Shown here piece after piece: positions 39,058 to 41,780 of a stretch of DNA of 41,780 nucleotides. The DNA comes from Gammaproteobacteria bacterium (lineage in GTDB: Bacteria; Pseudomonadota; Gammaproteobacteria; Chromatiales; Chromatiaceae), in assembly GCA_024276875.1 (NCBI GenBank), contig JAJRWL010000181.1, positions 1 to 41,780 of the forward strand. Direction: 5' to 3'. Below the pieces are notes generated by a model, which saw only the letters and a program-made list of their open reading frames with translations, made no database searches and was not told the origin of the DNA. Position 1 is the first letter of the stretch. Every line of letters begins with the position of its first letter. Made by a program: the position numbers and the translations under genes.

Positions 39058-40470
39058 ATGAGTGAAAATAGATTTGATCTGATTGTAATTGGTGGCGGCC
39101 CTGGTGGTTATGTCGCGGCTATTCGGGCAGCCCAGTTGGGGATGAAGGTTGCTTGTGTTGATAAGCGTGGTGTACCTGGTGGTACCTGTCTGAATGTTGG
39201 CTGTATTCCATCTAAAGCGCTTTTGCAATCGTCTCACCATTATGAGCATGCCACTCAACATTTTGCTGAGCATGGCATACAGAGTGCGTCGCTGAATGTA
39301 GATATCGCGACTATGATGGCGCGTAAAGACAAGGTGGTGATGGATCTCACAAAAGGCATTGGATTTCTCTTTAATAAAAATAACGTGACCTATTTTAAAG
39401 GAGTCGGTGAACTCGTCACTTCTGATCAGGTTAAAGTCACCCCTATTGATGGTAGTGGTGAAGTGACCCTGCATACCGCCAATGTACTTATTGCTACTGG
39501 CTCAACCGTTTCTCCACTGCCTGGGCTTGAAATTGATGAAGCGCGCATTGTTTCAAGTACCGGAGCACTGAGTCTTGATAAAGTGCCTGCCAGCCTGGTT
39601 GTGATTGGTGGTGGTGTTATTGGTTTGGAACTGGGTTCTGTATGGCGACGTTTAGGTTCAGATGTCACGGTTGTTGAATTTATGGATACCTTGCTGCCTG
39701 GTATGGATCAGGATGTTCGTAAACAGATGCAGCGCAGTATGAAAAAACAGAAGATGAAGCTCAAGCTTTCAACCAAGGTGACTGCTGCAGTTGCTGGTGC
39801 TGATGGTGTTCAGCTGAGTTTAGAATCAGTTAAAACAGGCGCAATTGAAACGCTACAGACAGATATTGTGTTGGTGGCGGTTGGTCGTCAACCTTATACC
39901 TCTGGGTTAGGTTTGCAGAAGATGGGTGTGGCATTGGATGAGCGAGGCTTCATTGATGTAGATGAGCATTTTAAAACCAATATTGCAGGGATCTATGCGG
40001 TTGGTGATGTTATTGGTGGCGCTATGTTGGCACATAAGGCAGAAGAGGAGGGCGTTGCTTTGGCTGAGCACCTGGCAGGTAAAGCTAGCCATGTGAATTA
40101 TGGTGCTATTCCAGGTATTGTCTACACCTGGCCTGAGGTGGCAACAGTGGGTCGTACTGAAGAGAGCTTAAAGCAAGAAGGTGTTGCCTACAATGTAGGT
40201 AAATTTCCTTTTAGCGCCAATGCCCGCGCGCGTTGTAATGGAAGCACGGAAGGATTTGTAAAGATATTAGCGGATGCTAAAACTGATCGAGTACTGGGTG
40301 TACATATAGTGGGAGCACATGCGGGTGACTTGATCGCTGAAGCAGTAATGGCTATTGAAGTTGGTGCATCAGCTGAAGATATTGCGCGCATATGTCATGC
40401 TCACCCTAGTATGGGTGAGGCATTAAAAGAGGCCGCAATGGATGTGGATGGGCGAGCCATCCATGTGTAA
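39058..40470 (+). CDS. lpdA: Dihydrolipoyl dehydrogenase (E3)
   Basis: 470 aa. GGGPGGY FAD site, redox disulfide GGTCLNVGCIPSK, C-terminal HAHPS. Confidence 0.95.
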   Translation: MSENRFDLIVIGGGPGGYVAAIRAAQLGMKVACVDKRGVPGGTCLNVGCIPSKALLQSSHHYEHATQHFAEHGIQSASLNVDIATMMARKDKVVMDLTKGIGFLFNKNNVTYFKGVGELVTSDQVKVTPIDGSGEVTLHTANVLIATGSTVSPLPGLEIDEARIVSSTGALSLDKVPASLVVIGGGVIGLELGSVWRRLGSDVTVVEFMDTLLPGMDQDVRKQMQRSMKKQKMKLKLSTKVTAAVAGADGVQLSLESVKTGAIETLQTDIVLVAVGRQPYTSGLGLQKMGVALDERGFIDVDEHFKTNIAGIYAVGDVIGGAMLAHKAEEEGVALAEHLAGKASHVNYGAIPGIVYTWPEVATVGRTEESLKQEGVAYNVGKFPFSANARARCNGSTEGFVKILADAKTDRVLGVHIVGAHAGDLIAEAVMAIEVGASAEDIARICHAHPSMGEALKEAAMDVDGRAIHV

Positions 40471-40500
40471 CTCCATACTGGCTAGGGATAGTGAATTAAG

Positions 40501-41217
40501 TTATTTAGAATATTGCTTGGGCAATGTTTTAATATAAGCAATGATATCAGCTAGTTTCGGTAGGATCTCCTCTTCAGAAAAGACCGGCATATAACTTTTA
40601 TCCCAGCGATTAATGTTGGTTACATAGGCTTTGACACTATCAAATGTAAGGGTGGGTGCAATTTTTGCGGAGCCGATGGCGATAGGTTTATTGAGGGCTT
40701 TTGCTGCCATCCATCCTTTACCATCTCCTTTTTTACCGTGGCATCCAGAACAGTACCTTAAAAAATGGATTCTACCTCTTTCAAGAGGGTCATTTTGAAA
40801 GCGTTTAAGGCGTTCTGTGGGTGTAGGGCCTTGAAGAGGGCCTTGGTCAACAGCCAGAGTTCGTACATAAGCGACAATAGCCGTAATTTTTTCTCCATTC
40901 AGGTTTGAGCGCCAGCCAGGCATTTGTAGGTATGGGTACTTCTCTTCACCATAAGCAACACGGTTTATGATCTCTTTATCTGTTAAAAGAGACATATAAG
41001 CTTTGTTTGAAAGATCACCGGTCGGAACCCCGCTCAAGTTAGCAGCAGGGGCATTTGTTCCTGAACCATCAATGCCATGGCAATAGATACAAAAAGAGTT
41101 GAATAATCGTTTGCCAGCTTCAACCAACATAGGATTGGGGGTGGATGAGTGAGCGTATATGCTGCTACTGATAAAAAGGCTAACAATGGTTAGTGTAACT
41201 TTAGAGTATCTATTCAT
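40501..41217 (-). CDS. Dihaem c-type cytochrome, secreted
   Basis: From M27 of the tracked ORF: signal peptide MNRYSKVTLTIVSLFISSSIYA. Two CxxCH motifs (CIYCH, CSGCH), each followed by a candidate Met ligand (LQMPGW, SYMPVF). Confidence 0.8.
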   Translation of the reverse strand: MNRYSKVTLTIVSLFISSSIYAHSSTPNPMLVEAGKRLFNSFCIYCHGIDGSGTNAPAANLSGVPTGDLSNKAYMSLLTDKEIINRVAYGEEKYPYLQMPGWRSNLNGEKITAIVAYVRTLAVDQGPLQGPTPTERLKRFQNDPLERGRIHFLRYCSGCHGKKGDGKGWMAAKALNKPIAIGSAKIAPTLTFDSVKAYVTNINRWDKSYMPVFSEEEILPKLADIIAYIKTLPKQYSK

Positions 41218-41572
41218 AATGAATCTCTTTGATATAGATTGTATAGAAACTTTTAGTGGCACAATGGCTTCGTTAAATGAGATTAAATATCCCATGCTAA
41301 AGCTTTTGCGCTTTATTATTCCCGATTGTTTTTATCAGGATTAAAAGACTATAGGACATAGGCCTTTAAATCAAACGTATTTGTAGCAAGTTATTTTGGT
41401 ATAAAGAGTAAAATCAGAAGATGGCGTTAATATTATGGGTGATTCTAAAACCTAAATTAGACAGTAGTGCAAACTGGTAATCGAACAAACAGAGCAATCA
41501 ATGGTCGTAGAGTTAGTTTAGATGGTATGTTTTATCTGTTGATCTATGCCTTATTATTCGTGTGGAGAGAAT

Positions 41573-41780
41573 ATGCTTAAAGTCATGATCATTGGAGCCG
41601 GTGCTGGTGGCACAGCGCTTCTCCCAATATTAAATGACTACAAAGGAATTGAGGTTACAGGTATTGCTGATACGGACAGCAATGCTCCAGGTTTGATATT
41701 GGCAAAACAGATGGGGATCCCAGCAAGCAATGACTTCCAGCAGCTATTAGCACAAATTGATGCCAATATTATTATAAACG
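41573..41780 (+). CDS. Rossmann-fold NAD(P)-binding protein, N-terminal fragment (runs off the window)
   Basis: ATG at 41573 preceded by GGAGAG. MLKVMIIGAGAGGTALLPIL.. has a GxGxxG dinucleotide-binding start. The frame is open to the window end (69 codons). Confidence 0.55.
   Translation, partial: MLKVMIIGAGAGGTALLPILNDYKGIEVTGIADTDSNAPGLILAKQMGIPASNDFQQLLAQIDANIIIN

Overview
This 41.8 kb window is almost entirely core chromosome from a roughly 47% GC gammaproteobacterium. From memory, the gene order resembles Pseudomonas-type synteny blocks. In order it carries secD (5' truncated by the window edge) and secF, then a small orphan ORF. suhB (-) and trmJ follow. Next is a complete Fe-S assembly cluster: cysE-iscR-iscS-iscU-iscA-hscB-hscA-fdx-iscX. 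After that come greB, a DUF1015 gene, relA, a PTPS/QueD-superfamily gene and tRNA-Glu(CUC) (-). Then pcnB-folK, a deoxynucleoside kinase, panB-panC-panD, glgA (-) and pgi. An accessory-looking stretch follows. It holds a PEP-CTERM secreted protein gene (-), an 850 bp gene-free spacer with a tandem ~290 bp module, grxD-bolA and a 457 aa membrane-anchored unknown. The window ends with uvrB (-), an aminotransferase, an orphan FimT/GspH pilin, a Usp protein, an HDOD plus MBL-fold pair, sucA-sucB-lpdA, a dihaem cytochrome c (-) and a 3'-truncated Rossmann-fold ORF. I found no CRISPR array, rRNA, transposase, integrase, toxin-antitoxin pair or recognisable defence or secondary-metabolite system, so I cannot support a claim of a new multi-gene system here. 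The points worth a second look are these. (1) uvrB is broken by one in-frame TAG at a conserved Glu position. (2) A 37 nt copy of the uvrB 3' end lies 17.3 kb away in the same orientation. (3) A good sigma-54 promoter match sits in front of the PEP-CTERM gene, inside a tandemly duplicated upstream module whose second copy has a decayed promoter. (4) A terminator-like hairpin with a T8 run lies in the pgi leader. (5) An IscR-type palindrome overlaps the likely cysE promoter. All product calls rest on my reading of the translated ORFs and on remembered family motifs. No database search was run.
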